Positions 1-13,941 of a stretch of DNA of 64,000 bases are shown here, piece by piece. Origin of the DNA: the human T2T-CHM13v2.0 reference genome, Homo sapiens; assembly GCF_009914755.1 (NCBI RefSeq), contig NC_060929.1. The stretch is one strand, 5' to 3'. The notes under the pieces are model-generated. The model made no database searches. It was not told where the DNA came from and saw nothing but the letters and a program-made list of their open reading frames with translations. Numbering within the stretch: position 1 is the stretch's first letter; each line of letters begins with the position of its first letter. Position numbers and translations under genes: made by a program.

Positions 1-19
1 GAGTTGAAAAACAAAAAAA

Positions 20-220
20 TTAGTAAGACATTGGGCTTCCTTCCAGAGGCACACAACTCCTGGGGAAGACAGACACCATGGGTTGTTTCTATGAAACTTG
101 GAGTGCAAATGCTGCAATGGAGGTGTGAGTGCGTGCCACAGAAGAGAGGCACGCAAAGGGCTTAGCGGGGACTTCCCTCCTGTCCCAGTTAGGATGAATT
201 AGCCTGTTTGGGAAGAGACT
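20..220 (-). mobile_element. Degenerate L2 LINE fragment
   Basis: Resembles the reverse-complemented L2 3' region (aagacattgggcttcc...ggggaagacagac); boundaries approximate. Confidence 0.35.
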
Positions 221-871
221 ACATAGGACTGAGAGGTCTCTGGGTTGCCTCTGGACCATAGTATCCCATGAAAAGAATTCTAAGCCATGATTTGGGGAGG
301 AGGACACTGCACTGTATTTGGACCCAAAACAGACCAAAACCTGGCAGACCAGAGACATCTTAATGGTCCACTGTACCCGCTGGATTCTTCTCACCCTCGG
401 TCTAGAGTCCTAGACTGAGCTCTGATCCAGCTTGGTCACAAATCCGGAAAACACTATTTATATTTCATATTTTATTTGGGTTTAAAGACATGGGTCTCTA
501 TAAAATTGAAAGGAAGCATAAAGAAGCAGCGGAAATCACCACCCCCAACCCCCGCTATTGAACTTGTACAATACCCTTTACCTCTCCAGGCCTCAGTTTT
601 CCCAACTATAAGCCAGTGACACCTCAGATGGTTTCCACCATTGTAGTGTTACGTTGGATAAATAACATATATGGAGGTTAAGCAGAAGACTAGAGGAACA
701 TTGGTTTGAGTATATGAGAAGGTAACTTTGGGTTTTGGTTAATGAGATGAAGGCAATCTGCTTGGCTGGCATGGAAGGCACTGGTGCGCAGTTCATAGGA
801 TGTTCATTATCAGAGGTGCAAGCTTTGCCATTTCTAAAGTTTAAAATAGCCATATGAATATTTGCACATAC

Positions 872-1003
872 CTGGGCTTAGGAACTCGTTCATCAGGAAC
901 TGGTGTCCAGGTGGAATCAGGAGACTTCTGTTCCTTGAATCTCCCAGTAAAAACACTGGCAATGTCAAGCATGTCATAGGCACAGACTGCAGACCCAGGG
1001 ATG
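872..1003 (-). CDS. SEMA6A: SEMA6A exon 11 (132 nt), (S)[43 protein letters not shown](R); gene continues beyond position 1
   Basis: TGTTGTAG|C acceptor, CAG|GTATGT donor; Sema motifs SAVC.Y and VP.PR; phase 2-2. Confidence 0.97.
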
Positions 1004-2190
1004 CTACAACATGATATTTCACATCAAGTGTTACTCATGCAATGGTTATGCATGTGGTTTGGAACATACTCCAGAGAAACTTTCCTGGTACAGCAAATGA
1101 AATTTAAAGTTCATACCTTGGACACTATAAATATAAGGGATCTTAGTACACAAAGAAAATATTTCTCTCAATCAAATTTGCATCAGTTGCCTTAAAGAAT
1201 GGGGTAGTTATAGGAAGCTCACAGAGAGGAAAAAAACTCTTCATGTCTACATTGCTTCTTGAACTGATTTTATTTATAAAAGAAGAATTGTTGAGCTAGT
1301 GATAGAAGTTTCATGAATTCCCTGGTACTAATTATCAGTTAATGACCTCTCTGAAGTCTCTGGAGAGCGTTCTGTGTCACTAATATTGGTGAAAATTTGA
1401 AACAAAAATGCTCTCCCATTGTCCACATATTGCTTCTTTGAATTTGGTTTTTCGAGCCAAGAACTTAGGGTGTGAGAATATGTTTGTGGGGAAACCCACA
1501 CAAATTTTATGTTAGTCTCTGTACATTTAAATTTTTACCTTCCTGATTACTTACGTAAGACTAAACAATTTAAGTTTCTAAAATGCCATCACTTTGCAAA
1601 TAAAGTACTTTATAAAGTGATAAATAACAATAATGGCCATCAGCTCCACCTATAATTATATCCTTGCCTGGCACCCCTGGAAGGACTTAGGCTTCTTTTT
1701 TTAATCAATGATGGGAAGGAATGAATTATTCATTCATCTGGGTGCACAGTTTACATTTGGACCCACATTTGTTTTTGACTAGAGTTGCTCCTTGATTTTG
1801 ATCAAATAAATTACAGGCACCAGCTGGCCAAGAGTTTTAATCAGGCTTTGAGATAGTGGGTCATTACATGGCAAGAGCGCCCAGGACAAGAGACACGGGT
1901 GCCCTGCAGTGTGGGAACATCATCCAGGGCAGGGAATATCATCCAGAGAGAATGATTTTGTCTTGAATTTTGCAAATGTTGAACAGATATAAAAATAACT
2001 TCATAAATGATTAGGAGAATTTATTCCATCTTTAATTTCATAAGAAAATTATTGAATAATAATTGCTTAATAATAATTGCTTAAAGCAAGAAATAGGGAG
2101 AAGCTTAAAATGCTTATTTAAAATAAGGTGGCAAAATAAATTTTAAATGCTTATAAATTTATACATGTACATATGTTGTTCACAGAATTA

Positions 2191-2556
<366 letters not shown>

Positions 2557-2829
2557 TTATTTATTTGATTTCGTAACACTCTCATCACATATTCCTTTTC
2601 GGAAAGTAACACATTTACATATAGTATTTTCTTTATATATTAAGAAAAATAGGATAAATACTATTTGAAGTATTTTCTGATGCACCTCGTAATAACTAAA
2701 GATATCCTAGGGTTTCGTAGTCTTCCTGAGGTTAGAATCAGTTGTGAAATCCTTTCTTCCTCCTTCCTTACATTTCTCTCCTTCGTTCCTTTCTTTCCTT
2801 TCAATTTTCCTTCATTCCTTCCCATCTTC

Positions 2830-3490
2830 CGTTCATTCAACATATGTTTATAGAACCCCTACTTAAGGCAGTAAGTGCACCACAAACAACATAGGGTCTT
2901 GCCCTCAGTTGGCTCACACTTCAGTGTGGAGGCAAATATAAGAATAATGACAAAAATAAGGAGAATTGCTTGAACAAGGAGGCGGAGGTTGCAGCGAGTA
3001 GAGATGGCTCATTGCACTCCAGCCTGGGTGACAGAGCGAGACTCCGTCTCAGGAAAAAAAAAATAATAATAATAATAACAAAAATCATAACAACAACATC
3101 TTCAGGACGGTCTGGTAAGAGCAGAGTATGAAAGAAGTATGCACAAGGTCCCATAGGAGGTGACTAGCTGACATTTGAAGTACCCGCAGGGTTTTAGTGG
3201 GCAGATGTTGGTCAGGTGGGCAAATCTCGCAGAAAGCAATGAATGAGCAAAGCATGGCACATTCAAGGAGCAGATCTTTGCTCCGATCAGCCCATGGCAC
3301 AGGCTGCATGGCAGAGGATGGGAGGGGATGAACTAGAGAAGGAAATGGGGCCAGACCCTGTGGGGGCTTGTGTGTCATGCCAGAGAGCTAGGGCTTTATC
3401 CTCAGGGCAAATGGATTTGAAACAATTTGACATGACCAAGTTTGCATGTGTAAAGCATGAAGTAGAGGGATGAAACCAGAGAAAGTGAAA
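2830..3490 (-). mobile_element. L2 3' fragment interrupted by a truncated Alu
   Basis: ttcattcaacatatgtttatagaacccctact...gccctcagttggctcacac resembles the reversed L2 3' end; boundaries approximate. Confidence 0.55.
2959..3070 (+). mobile_element. 5'-truncated Alu (3' part of the right arm)
   Basis: aggagaattgcttgaac...gactccgtctc plus A/(AAT)n tail; TSD AATAAT(G/A)ACAAAAAT at 2943-2957 / 3071-3085. Confidence 0.9.
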
Positions 3491-4769
3491 ACAGAGGGAC
3501 TATAATTTATAGATGACAATGGGTATGTATATTTTTAGGTGGGTACAGATTACCAAACAAATATGATTTCTGAGACTGCATAATCATGCACTAAGTGGAT
3601 ATTTCTTAGGGGCCGTTTAAGAAAATACTGTAAATGGAGTTATCTATAATATTTAAGGGCTTACTACTATATTGTAATCACAAAGTAACCCACACCCTTA
3701 AAAAACAAGACAAAACAAACAAAACAAAACAGAAACTAGAAAACTAGAACTGGTCTTAGATTCCGGTAGCCCCTGCATTTCCATGTGCCAAGACAGTATA
3801 CTTTTTCAAAATCCTAGAGAGATAGGCTCTGATGTATGAGCAATAAAAGCCTGAATTTTTAAATATCGTTTTTATCCACAAGTCTAAAAATCCCTACAGA
3901 TGTTTAAAGCTTACTTATATCTAACTGAATACTTCTTGGTGCAATACGGGTTCGTATTTTCATATTATTTTCAGTGGGGAGCTTGACTCTCATCCGCTGT
4001 ATAATTGAGGAACATGATTTCATCCTTCATGAAGTTTGCTCTGTTCTTAAGCATTTCTTTCTAGATGTTATCCTTTAGTTTTATCATTTTGGTGCCTGTC
4101 ATTTAGGCACTCATCAAGTTCTTAAAAGTTTTTGTAAAAAGTTTTATAATTCAAAGCAAAACAGTATTACTAGAGGAACATACTCAATACAGAACACCCA
4201 AAATTCTGCACAGAAATGAGAACACAGTGCATGAATTTAGATTTCACGACCATGCACACTGTTAGGATCATTTTCACACAACAATACGAGGACTCTGAAA
4301 TCTTGTTGGCTTAACAGAGAGCTGAGTACTAAGGAAAAACACTAATGCTTATCTTCCTTCTGTTCTATACACATTTTCACTGCTCTAGGAACAATTACCA
4401 GTGCATCATTTAGTTGCTCAAAGTCTTAGTTTTAAGTAAATACAAAAATAGGAGTGACTAGGCTGACACTCATAATTTGTAGGTACAATGTTTGATGATT
4501 TATAAATTCTCACTAGAGCCTTCCAGAGTCAGATTCTGGTGCTGTGGTTGGGGTCTGGGTTGTGGCCCAACTTGGTGAGTGAGCTTGCCCAAGGGTGGCT
4601 TTGTTGGACAGGTTAATAACCAAAGTCCTTTATCTTGAATCCTAGATTTCACCCTGTAGCAATTTAATACATTTCCAATGTTTTAACTTCAAAAGGTACT
4701 GATCCCGTCATGAGAATATTAAAAGTCAAATACTGCAAATTATTAGATGACCTAGAAGAGACAGGACGA

Positions 4770-4950
4770 ACATTCTTGAGTTCCAAACTGCCTCTTCCAT
4801 CTACTGACTACTTAGACCAGGTAGTATAATATGTCGAGCTCACTTTCCTTAAGTGGAAAAAGAAGACAATATTATCTAGTTTCTAGGATTACTAGAAGGA
4901 TTTATAAATAACACATAAAAAGTGTTTATATACCAGGCTTATATAAATAG
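4770..4950 (+). mobile_element. MIR
   Basis: gagttccaaactgcctcttccatctactg...agctcactttccttaagtggaaaa resembles the MIR core. Confidence 0.55.
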
Positions 4951-5175
4951 AAGATATTGTCATAATTTATCTAATTACTTCCCCTAAAACCTAACTTAAT
5001 AGTGCTTATAAACTACTTTTAATTTGTTGATGAAAACTAAGTGTTAAGTGCTTCTTAGCTACACACAATGAATGCAATTTTCAGTCAGTTGCAAATATGG
5101 TTTATTAGAAGAGAACCCCCTGGGAGAAGGAAGCCAGGAAGAATTGATGAGGTCAACACAGCTAGGGCATGATTA

Positions 5176-5421
<246 letters not shown>

Positions 5422-6009
5422 TTAAATGCATTCATTTTGCAAGGAGATCTTAGTAGAATCTGCATTCCTTGAAAACAGAAACAAAACAACAAGGTGCTTA
5501 ATACTGTTTCTAAAATCAGTAACAAAAAAAAAAAAGAAAGAAAAGAAAAAAAGAGGAAAACTCAGCATTAGAGTAGCATGTTTTAAAAGATAAGGCTGTG
5601 GCATTTAATACAGAGTCATAAATCCTTCAGGGAATCAGCTCCGAGCCACATAAAGTCATTTCCATACAGACTGCTTAGCTTTTTATTTCCTCAAACAAAA
5701 GCACACTTTGTATGCACAATCTCTGCCATCCTCACTAGCTGCCTCTGGGCCCTGAATCTGTGCAAGCCACCCTGGCATTCTATGTTACCCTCCAACTTAG
5801 GGACCTTGATCTACTCTCTGGTAAAAAGAACTAAAATGGACATCCCCTAAGTGTTGTATATTGCTTTTTGCAATAAAGACAAAAATCAAAACTCAATTTG
5901 ATTAAAGATACTGCATAGTTACAGTCTCTGTGGAGCAACTCAATTAAGAAAAAAAAAACAAAACTGTTGAGTATACCTGGAAACCACATCTCAAGACACT
6001 TGAATCTCG

Positions 6010-6317
<308 letters not shown>

Positions 6318-6535
6318 TCAGCATGAAACCAACCAAACATAAATTTTCCATAGAAATACTTAAGAAATTTCCTGCGATTTCGTTACTGTTCTGAAACAGC
6401 AGATAGGGCCTCCAGACCGCACTCTGTTATTAGATTTATGGCTCTCATTTCAAGATCATTTATAACAACATTTGACCAAAGGTGTGGGTTTCTGAAAATG
6501 TTACAAACTGAGCCAAGGACAGCATCCCCTCTTAC

Positions 6536-6624
6536 CTTTCCCATGGTGTTATACTCCACTGCTATTTCCCTGAAGAAGAAGTAGATATAATCTCCGTAAT
6601 CCACGGCTTGAACAAAGTATGGTT
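6536..6624 (-). CDS. SEMA6A: SEMA6A exon 9 (89 nt), (E)PYFVQAVDYGDYIYFFFREIAVEYNTMGK
   Basis: GTCTACAG|AA acceptor, AAG|GTAAGA donor; Sema motif YFFFRE. Confidence 0.97.
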
Positions 6625-7315
6625 CTGTAGACAAACAGGCACTTTAATTGGGAACATGTCAAACAGAGTTAACAGAATTTCAATCAAGTGTAGCCAAAGA
6701 CATGTTATTAATTAAAAGTGTAGCACCATTAGACATTTGGTTAACACTAACCATTTCAAATGACTTCACACATGCAAGTGCTGGTGATTTCACAAGGCAT
6801 TCACACTTACACATTATCTCTTTCAGAAGCTTTGCAATCAACAATGAAGAAATATGGAATTTTGCATATCTCTGTAATTTTATTTTCCACAATGGAATGC
6901 CCCTATTACAGAGAAGATTTTGTATACATTGCCTTGTCACCCTGACTCATACAGGGTTGTGAATAGCTTTTCTCCTCTTCTCCACCACCTCCAAGCCCCT
7001 GTCCCCTTCCATGAATACATTGTTCAGTTCTTTTCATGCAGAACTCAGAAATGAGAGCTTGAAGCAAGAAAACATGAATGTAATGTATTCTATTGTTGTG
7101 GCATTGGTAGTTTTGTTAATACTCCAGAAACTCAGGGGAAGGAAAAAAGGGAGGTAAATAAATCAGTTGAAGCCAAAGATGCAATTTACATGTTTCTGTC
7201 TGTCAGAAGCCATTACTCAAATGAAGATACAGTCTGGTCCCTCCAGACTCTAAATCTCCCACAAGATGTGTATTCCCCTCCCCTCCGACCCTCCTTCTTT
7301 TAATTGTTTGTTCAC

Positions 7316-7435
7316 CTTTCAACCATTTTGAATCGTGCTTGACGGTCCGCAGGGTAGGGCTTTCTCCAAGACTCCGGTAAATGACTGCGTCAATGGCAAG
7401 GAAGTCAGTCACTGTGGCTGAGTATAGTTTTCCAT
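7316..7435 (-). CDS. SEMA6A: SEMA6A exon 8 (120 nt), (D)[39 protein letters not shown]
   Basis: Long pyrimidine tract with AAG acceptor (TTCTTCTAAG|AT), AAG|GTGAAC donor; phase 1-1. Confidence 0.97.
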
Positions 7436-7671
7436 CTTAGAAGAAAAAGAAAAGAGGTGAACAGGGTGGGAGCAAGTCAGTGGGGGTGGAGGAATAATAA
7501 AGACATCCCCTAGATTGCTTTCCAACATCAGGCAAATGAGATAGCACAACTGGGAAAAATCCAAGAGTCGCTGGGAAAACTCTTGGCCCACATTCCTAAC
7601 CATTTTAAATTGGGATCATGAGAGATGAAACATTTTTCATTTTAAAATTGCATGGCAATTTTTTTTAAGCG

Positions 7672-7688
7672 GCAGCAGCAGCAGCAGC
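7672..7688. repeat. Short (CAG)5 trinucleotide run in intron 7
   Basis: gcagcagcagcagcagc. Confidence 0.85.
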
Positions 7689-8773
7689 TCAGGGAACAGG
7701 GTAGATGAAAGATGTCTGCTTCACTTGATTAGCTGGACCTTGACTGAAACCTCAAGGCCAAGGATCCTTGGACACTACTACTGCCACCACACCATGGTAA
7801 ACTGGATTAGGTGAGAGCCCAGGGAAAGATAGATGCTGATTGTGTCCCCAGAAATTTTAGGCACATGCATAAGTAAAGAAGTCCTCAGCCTGATCAGGTG
7901 AGAGAAGTTGAAGAGAGAGGGTTCATAAGCAAAAACGGGCTGACTAAATTGCTACTGTCCTGAGAGTAACAGCTCCTCTTGACCTCAGGCTTGACAGTTC
8001 ACTAAACCCTCGCAATCTGGTTTCAATAACAGGTATTTGCTTCCGCATCTCCAAAGTCACAAACTAAAAACATTCCGAAACACAGCTTGGCTAAAGCCAA
8101 GAAGAAAGGGGAAGGGGTTACGCTGAGTTCAAATAGGTCTTTCTTTAGTAATTCATGCTTTGGGGGAGATACGATTGAGGGTAGATCCCAGGCATAAGAG
8201 AATAAAGCAGACTGAAGATTAGTCTCTAGACCTTTTTGGTTCCTTCCTGGCTCAGCAAACACTCTGCCAACAAATAATCAAAAGGGGTGTTCTAGAATAG
8301 CAAAATCTATGTTGATTACATGGAAACAAGAATTATATTCAAAATAAAAAAATTACTTCCGTGATTCACTTTTAGTGGATTGCAGATATTCATTAGTTGT
8401 ATGTCAAAGTGACTTACATACAACATAGTACTGTTCAAGCTCTTTTATATGTAGTGTAAACATAATGGTTTATTGTTTTGTTTGTTTTAAAAAAACTCAT
8501 ATCCAAATATATTTAAACAAAGATCTCGATGTCTGTCTTTGGTCTTAAAATAATTAAAATTTGTCCAGGTTCAATTTAGAGATGTCTTAATATCTGCAAT
8601 ATTAACAGCTATATATCAATAAGTTTTGGTAGATTTAAACTGCAGAGAGCAAACCTTTAAATTGGCCCAAAAAATATCTACGAATCATAACTTTTCTTAT
8701 GGATTTTGAGCCCCAGGTCATAAAGACATTCTTTATATAAGACTATAGAATATGTATTCTATATTCCTATAGC

Positions 8774-8829
8774 CCCGCCTTGGCCTCCTACAGTGCTGGG
8801 ATTACAGGTGAGAGCTACCACTCCTGGCC
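8774..8829 (-). mobile_element. Alu 5'-end remnant (about 55 bp)
   Basis: ccgccttggcctcctacagtgctgggattacaggtgagagctaccactcctggcc is the reverse complement of the Alu start. Confidence 0.85.
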
Positions 8830-9479
8830 CTACAGTTAAATTTAAATTCTCCCCTGCAGCCCACATTCTCCAAGGCCCCAACTAATGCAGGTTCCAAGTG
8901 TCAGTGAGGACCTCCAGCAGTAGTCATGTACTTGGGAGTATGCTCAAGTACTCTTTCCACTAGCCTTGCTCATACCTTACAAATAGGTCTACAAGACTTT
9001 GTATTCTTGACGGAACTGCTTCTCAGTAATCCTGTGCTCTCATTTAGGGGGAGAACCCGAGGAACCTGCCCTTCTTAACTTGACAATCTATCACTGCAGA
9101 TCCAGGCCCACAAATGAATGACACTGAGGGAGAGGTTCAGGAAGCCAGGAACTAATCTTGTTTCATAATCAAAGCCCTAGGGTCCCTCATCCAGCTAGTA
9201 TGTGCCAGTTTTTAGCTGTTGTGATGGAAATTATAGCTAACTGCTTTATTACAAGCTATAAGAATCACTATTATACCAACACTTCTCTTACACCCACCTC
9301 CACATACACAGCTGGTAATGAATTCCTAAATAAATTTCTAATTAAAGCACACAAACTCATACACAAAAATCCCACTACATCTGAAAATGATGGTCTGTTT
9401 GCTATTTCTTTATATCTTTTGCAGTGGAAAGAAGGAGTAGTGTTGGGGAGTAGAGGTCAGCCTAAGCAATTAGCACCCT

Positions 9480-9926
9480 CCCCTCACCCACCATAGTCTT
9501 TTGGTCAGAGATGGGTGTGTAACCTAATCAGGTCAATGATATTTGAGAAGATGTTTGTTGGAAGCTTGGGGGTATGTGGCCTCATTGCTCTGAGAGAGCT
9601 TCCAGAGGCTTCCTTTTGTTTCTTTCCCTTTCTTTTCTATATGTGGACAGGAAGACATGTAGCCCTAATTGGGGCTGGCAGTCATCCTCTGACTGTGAGA
9701 ACCACCAGTCTCATCATGAGGTCGACATAGAGCATGGGAATGAAAAGGAGCTGCCTCCCGGATGACACTGTTGAGTTGTTGAACCTAGCCAATCCCAAAG
9801 TCCATCCTACCTTAAACAATAAAGGCACATCAGTAGGGGATTTTAAATTTAATTTTTTTTTTTACATTGGTGGTTTGAGGTGGGATTTTCTATTATTTGA
9901 GCCCAAACATTCCCTAACTGATCCAT
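9480..9926 (+). mobile_element. MaLR LTR (MLT1J/K-like)
   Basis: gatgacactgttgagttgttgaacctagcc...gggattttctattatttgagccc...ctaactgatcca resembles an MLT1 3' end; 5' boundary uncertain. Confidence 0.55.
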
Positions 9927-10166
9927 CACATGTTCAGCGCTATGCTGTTATCCTTTCCTGAAGGCACAAACACATGGGTAAGTGAAGCAAAGACTTGCAA
10001 AAGTACAATTTTCATACTAATTTCAAACAGAAAGGCATTCTTAATTACAGTATTCACCAGAGAATCAAAGCACAACTGTGACTCCATGAATCCTCTAGAG
10101 CAGATTCACAGTGACAGGATGAAACAAGCAAAAGCAAATGCAACGAGGAGAAATCAGGTCGCTTAC

Positions 10167-10257
10167 CTGCAAACAGTGCAACGTTGGCATGTTTGGCATC
10201 ATATGGGCATCTGGCCATTCCGCTGAATTCATCCCCGAATGGTTCCAATGTATCCAT
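10167..10257 (-). CDS. SEMA6A: SEMA6A exon 7 (91 nt), [30 protein letters not shown]
   Basis: CATTTAG|ATG acceptor, CAG|GTAAGC donor; Sema motif G.ARCPYD. Confidence 0.97.
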
Positions 10258-11849
10258 CTAAATGAAATAATCAGACTTAATTACAAACAACAACCTTTTC
10301 TTTTGCCCTAAACCCTCAGAAATAATTTCCAGGATGTGACAGGCCTTTTGTAATCTGTAATCACTTTGAGATGGACCCTGTTGAAGCCACTTTTAAACTG
10401 TAGTTGAGAATCACATAAAATAGCTGTGTTAAAAACATATTTTTAGGGGAAAGATGGTCAAATCAGACATTCTTTCAAGCAGTGTACTCTTCCACCCAGC
10501 ACATTTTTTTATGAAAGTCCTTTTCAGATATTTTATACCAACCAAGAGCTTTTTGTTGAACTCTGACAGACTCTGTGGTCTGTGGGTCTGGCATGTATTC
10601 AAAAATGATGCTTAGCACACAGTGATGCAACGGAAATGCCCTTATCCTAAGCTGTGCACGCTCTAATCCTAGCAATGAGGAAACAATAGACAAGGGGTAT
10701 ATGGTTTTCTTTATAATGTAACTAACCTAAAAAAAAAAAAAAAGTGGCTATACCTATAGCTGGTCAAAGGCAAGAAGTAGTGAAGTACAAATGTTTCGGT
10801 TTGTGAGGTTGGAAAGGTCCAGAGGCAAAAGCCATGGTGACTTCCTCTTTCCAAGAAGTGAAAACTAACCCTTGAAGCAGTCATCAAATCTTAGACTTCA
10901 CAGCAGCAGCTCCTGGGAAGTTAAACAGCTATCAGGTACAGATAATTATACAAAGACCCAGCCTGATTTTTGCAGAAGTTCAAAAGGTTTAGAGAATAGG
11001 AGGAAAAAGGCAGGGAGTGCAGTTTTAGATTTATAGTGGGTAGCCTTCAAAGCTCTCCCCTAGATAATCTTGATAATCTAATTTGGGGCTATAACCTTTC
11101 TAACACATTCAGCTTACTTGTGTTATAAAAATTAATATAGATCAGGGCATGGTAGAGAGGCAGATACTGAAAATTTGTCACTCTCTTGCTTCATGTCACT
11201 CTAATCAACTTGATGCTTGTGTGCTATGATAAGACTTGGGTTTTTCACTGGAAGACTGGTCATTGTTTTCACTTTGAACCTTTGTCCTGATCTGTTGATA
11301 AAAAGCACTTAAGACAGAAGCTGTCGTTTTCCCTGCAGCCAAATACATTATGTCCCATATCATCAGCAATGTCACACTGTCCCCTGAGTCTAAAAATACA
11401 CTTTTCTGAGCAATGCCAAGGGTTCTTACTACCATTCACAGCGCTAGGCATATTGTTGGGAACTGAGCATGAGCAACATCCCATCTGTGGCTTCTGAGAG
11501 GCCTGGGCTACTGGAGCATGTCTCAGCAGGTGTGGCAAGAACAAGCAAGAGGTGACGGCATTATTATAAGTGTAGAATCATGGGAAATGGAACATGTACA
11601 GGAAGAATAAGCCAGACCATTCATGGCCTGTATATTACTGTGCCAAGAAAACCTGTACTTTGTCATAAAAGATAGCTTTCCATCTAGGGAATTCCTTGGG
11701 ATTTGTTAGAAGCATTAATCTTAATGAGTCCTAAACAATGACAAACAGGGATGGAATATTAAGTGGTAAATTAAAGTTGAAACCTTATCTGTATGCTGTC
11801 ACTAGCTAGAGTAAATGCTGGGCTAGACTGGCTACCTCTATTATAAACT

Positions 11850-12040
11850 GATGAATCTTGTCTTTATACTTAAAAACTTGATCTTTGGTTTATGACAGAC
11901 CTGTATGTATTAATTAATTTTGATTTTTAAAAAATATTGCATTAAAAATCTAACATCTTAATTACGGAATTTTTTGGTGAACCCTTCTATTTTGTGCCTG
12001 AGCCACATGCCTCACTTGCTCCACCCTAATCCTGGCCCTG
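11850..12040. mobile_element. hAT-type DNA transposon fragment (MER96B-like; subfamily uncertain)
   Basis: Ends ...tgcctcacttgctccaccctaatcctggccctg (CAGGGCC terminus on the other strand), with AT-rich interior tttttaaaaaatattgcattaaaa. Confidence 0.5.
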
Positions 12041-12189
12041 TTGGTGCCCATTTCCAAGTGTAAGATGGAAGATAAGTATGAGGGTCAAACAGACCCTCCC
12101 TTCACTGTACATGCCAAAAAAAGACAGGGGGTTTTTCTGGTGAGCTTGTTGGTGCTGATTCCAGCCTATCATTGCTTTTCTCATTCTTC

Positions 12190-12790
12190 CCACTCCTAGG
12201 GTTTCACTTTATGATGATGAAACCCAAATCTATATTTCTCTCCACATCTGTCTCTAAACCAAAGCTTACTGATCCATCTTCTTGCTAGATAGCTCTATTC
12301 ATGTCCTATAGGCAGTGCCGTTCACAGTGCTTGGCATTCTCATACTGTGCAAAATGGAGCCCATACCTTCACACTCCCCCAACCCCCAACCCCAATCTCA
12401 CAACTCTTCCTTTATTTCCTGTCTGAATTGGTGGCAGCCCCATCCATCTACTCGCCAAGAGATGGCCTAGCAGTCATTCTTGACTCACCTCTCTCTCTCT
12501 TTATCCTGTGCTTATCTATTATTAAATCCTACCGGTTTGGTTTTATCTATTCTCTTCCCTTCATCCCTGGGGCTATCTACATCTCCAGTTTTTTCTGTTA
12601 ACACTTGTCATTTCACAGTCACACAATTCAGAATCAAATGAGATTTCTCAAGCTCAATAGGCCATTTCTTACTCCATGCCTTTGTTCATGCTGTTCCCTG
12701 CTAACTGGAATGCTTTTCTTCCTTCATTTGGCTAACTTCTCCTTACCCTTTAAGACAAAGGTTAGGCATTGCCTCATTCAATGCTTTACA
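12190..12790 (+). mobile_element. L2 fragment
   Basis: gatgaaacccaaatctatatttctc..., gtcattcttgactcacctctctc, ctttgttcatgctgttccctgc..ctggaatgc are L2-like motifs. Confidence 0.65.
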
Positions 12791-13839
12791 AAAATTAATT
12801 AAACGCCTGTTTGGGAGGCACTATGTTAGGTTCTGGAGAATCACAGATGTGATCCCTGCCCTTGTAGAGCCTGTGTTTCTTAAGGGCGGTGGTATTTGTG
12901 TTCCCGATGTGAGAACAACAGGTAGGAAAGTTTGAAGACACGGGGTCATCCTCTGAAGCTTTCCCAGACTCCTCACCTCATGCATGGCAGGAACTTTTGT
13001 GTTGTGCTTCCATAATCCATTGCATGATGTCACCATGGCAGCAACCCCATGAAATTGTTGTTTTCTTCTCCCTGCCTGGCTTCCCTAAGGGTTGAGGCCT
13101 CCTGTCTGTCTTTACAACCTCAGCGATGGGCCACAGTAGAAACACAGTACATGTTTCCTGAGACAAAGGCTGGCAGAAAGATGTACAAGGAAGGCTAACG
13201 GTGGTGCAGCCAAGACCTCAGATCACTGCCACCTCTGCTTCCAGGCCTGGCGAGGTCCCTGCTCCTTCATCAGCACCTCTGTTAGCTGCATCAAAACCAG
13301 CTAGATTTACTAACTCTTTAAGAGGGCTTTTTCCAGCCCTTGCATAAAGCCAAAGTAAGCAAGGCCGTGGTCAAGAAAGCTGAGTGCTCAATGGAATTAA
13401 ATTCCTGTGTTCTTGTAGGAAAGTCTACGGTTTCAAATGCCGTGCTTTTGAGATACCTTTTAGAATAGAAATCACTCACCATATAAGTGTGCTTTTGTGC
13501 TCAGAGGTTAGATAGTGGGGTGGGAGGGAGAAAAAAAATAGAGGAAATCCACATGGTGTACGTGGTAAGTATGTCAGTCTTCTGAACAATAGAGAAAAGG
13601 GTCTTACAGAAACTAACTTTGCTAGGCAGGCTCTTTAAAGATGTGTCAATCAATCCTGAACAAACAGGAAGCTTAGAAGCCTGCTTAGGATCACTCATGT
13701 GGAGCAATACATTAAGTTGAACAAGTGAGAGGAACTCAGGTGGTGTTGAATTACCCCTCTTAGGTTGCTGCAGGTACAATCACAGTAAATTATGAAATGC
13801 CTCCTGGCAGTGTGGTTCCAACTGACAAATAGCATTTAC

Positions 13840-13941
13840 CTTATAGTTTCTGCAGGAAGGGTTGAAGGCATTAGTTCCACAGACAAACAATGCATCATCG
13901 TTTTTCTTTAGAAGAACTTTAATAAAGTTGTGGCACTCATC
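13840..13941 (-). CDS. SEMA6A: SEMA6A exon 6 (102 nt), DECHNFIKVLLKKNDDALFVCGTNAFNPSCRNYK
   Basis: TTTTTCAG|GAT acceptor, AAG|GTAAAT donor; contains the Sema-domain motif CGTNAFNP.C. Confidence 0.97.

Noticed and set aside
2055-2082. 14-bp tandem duplication AATAATAATTGCTT
   Set aside because: Ordinary slippage in AT-rich intron with no suggested function.
7672-7688. (CAG)n run as a repeat-expansion locus
   Set aside because: Only five units, intronic, no sign of instability.
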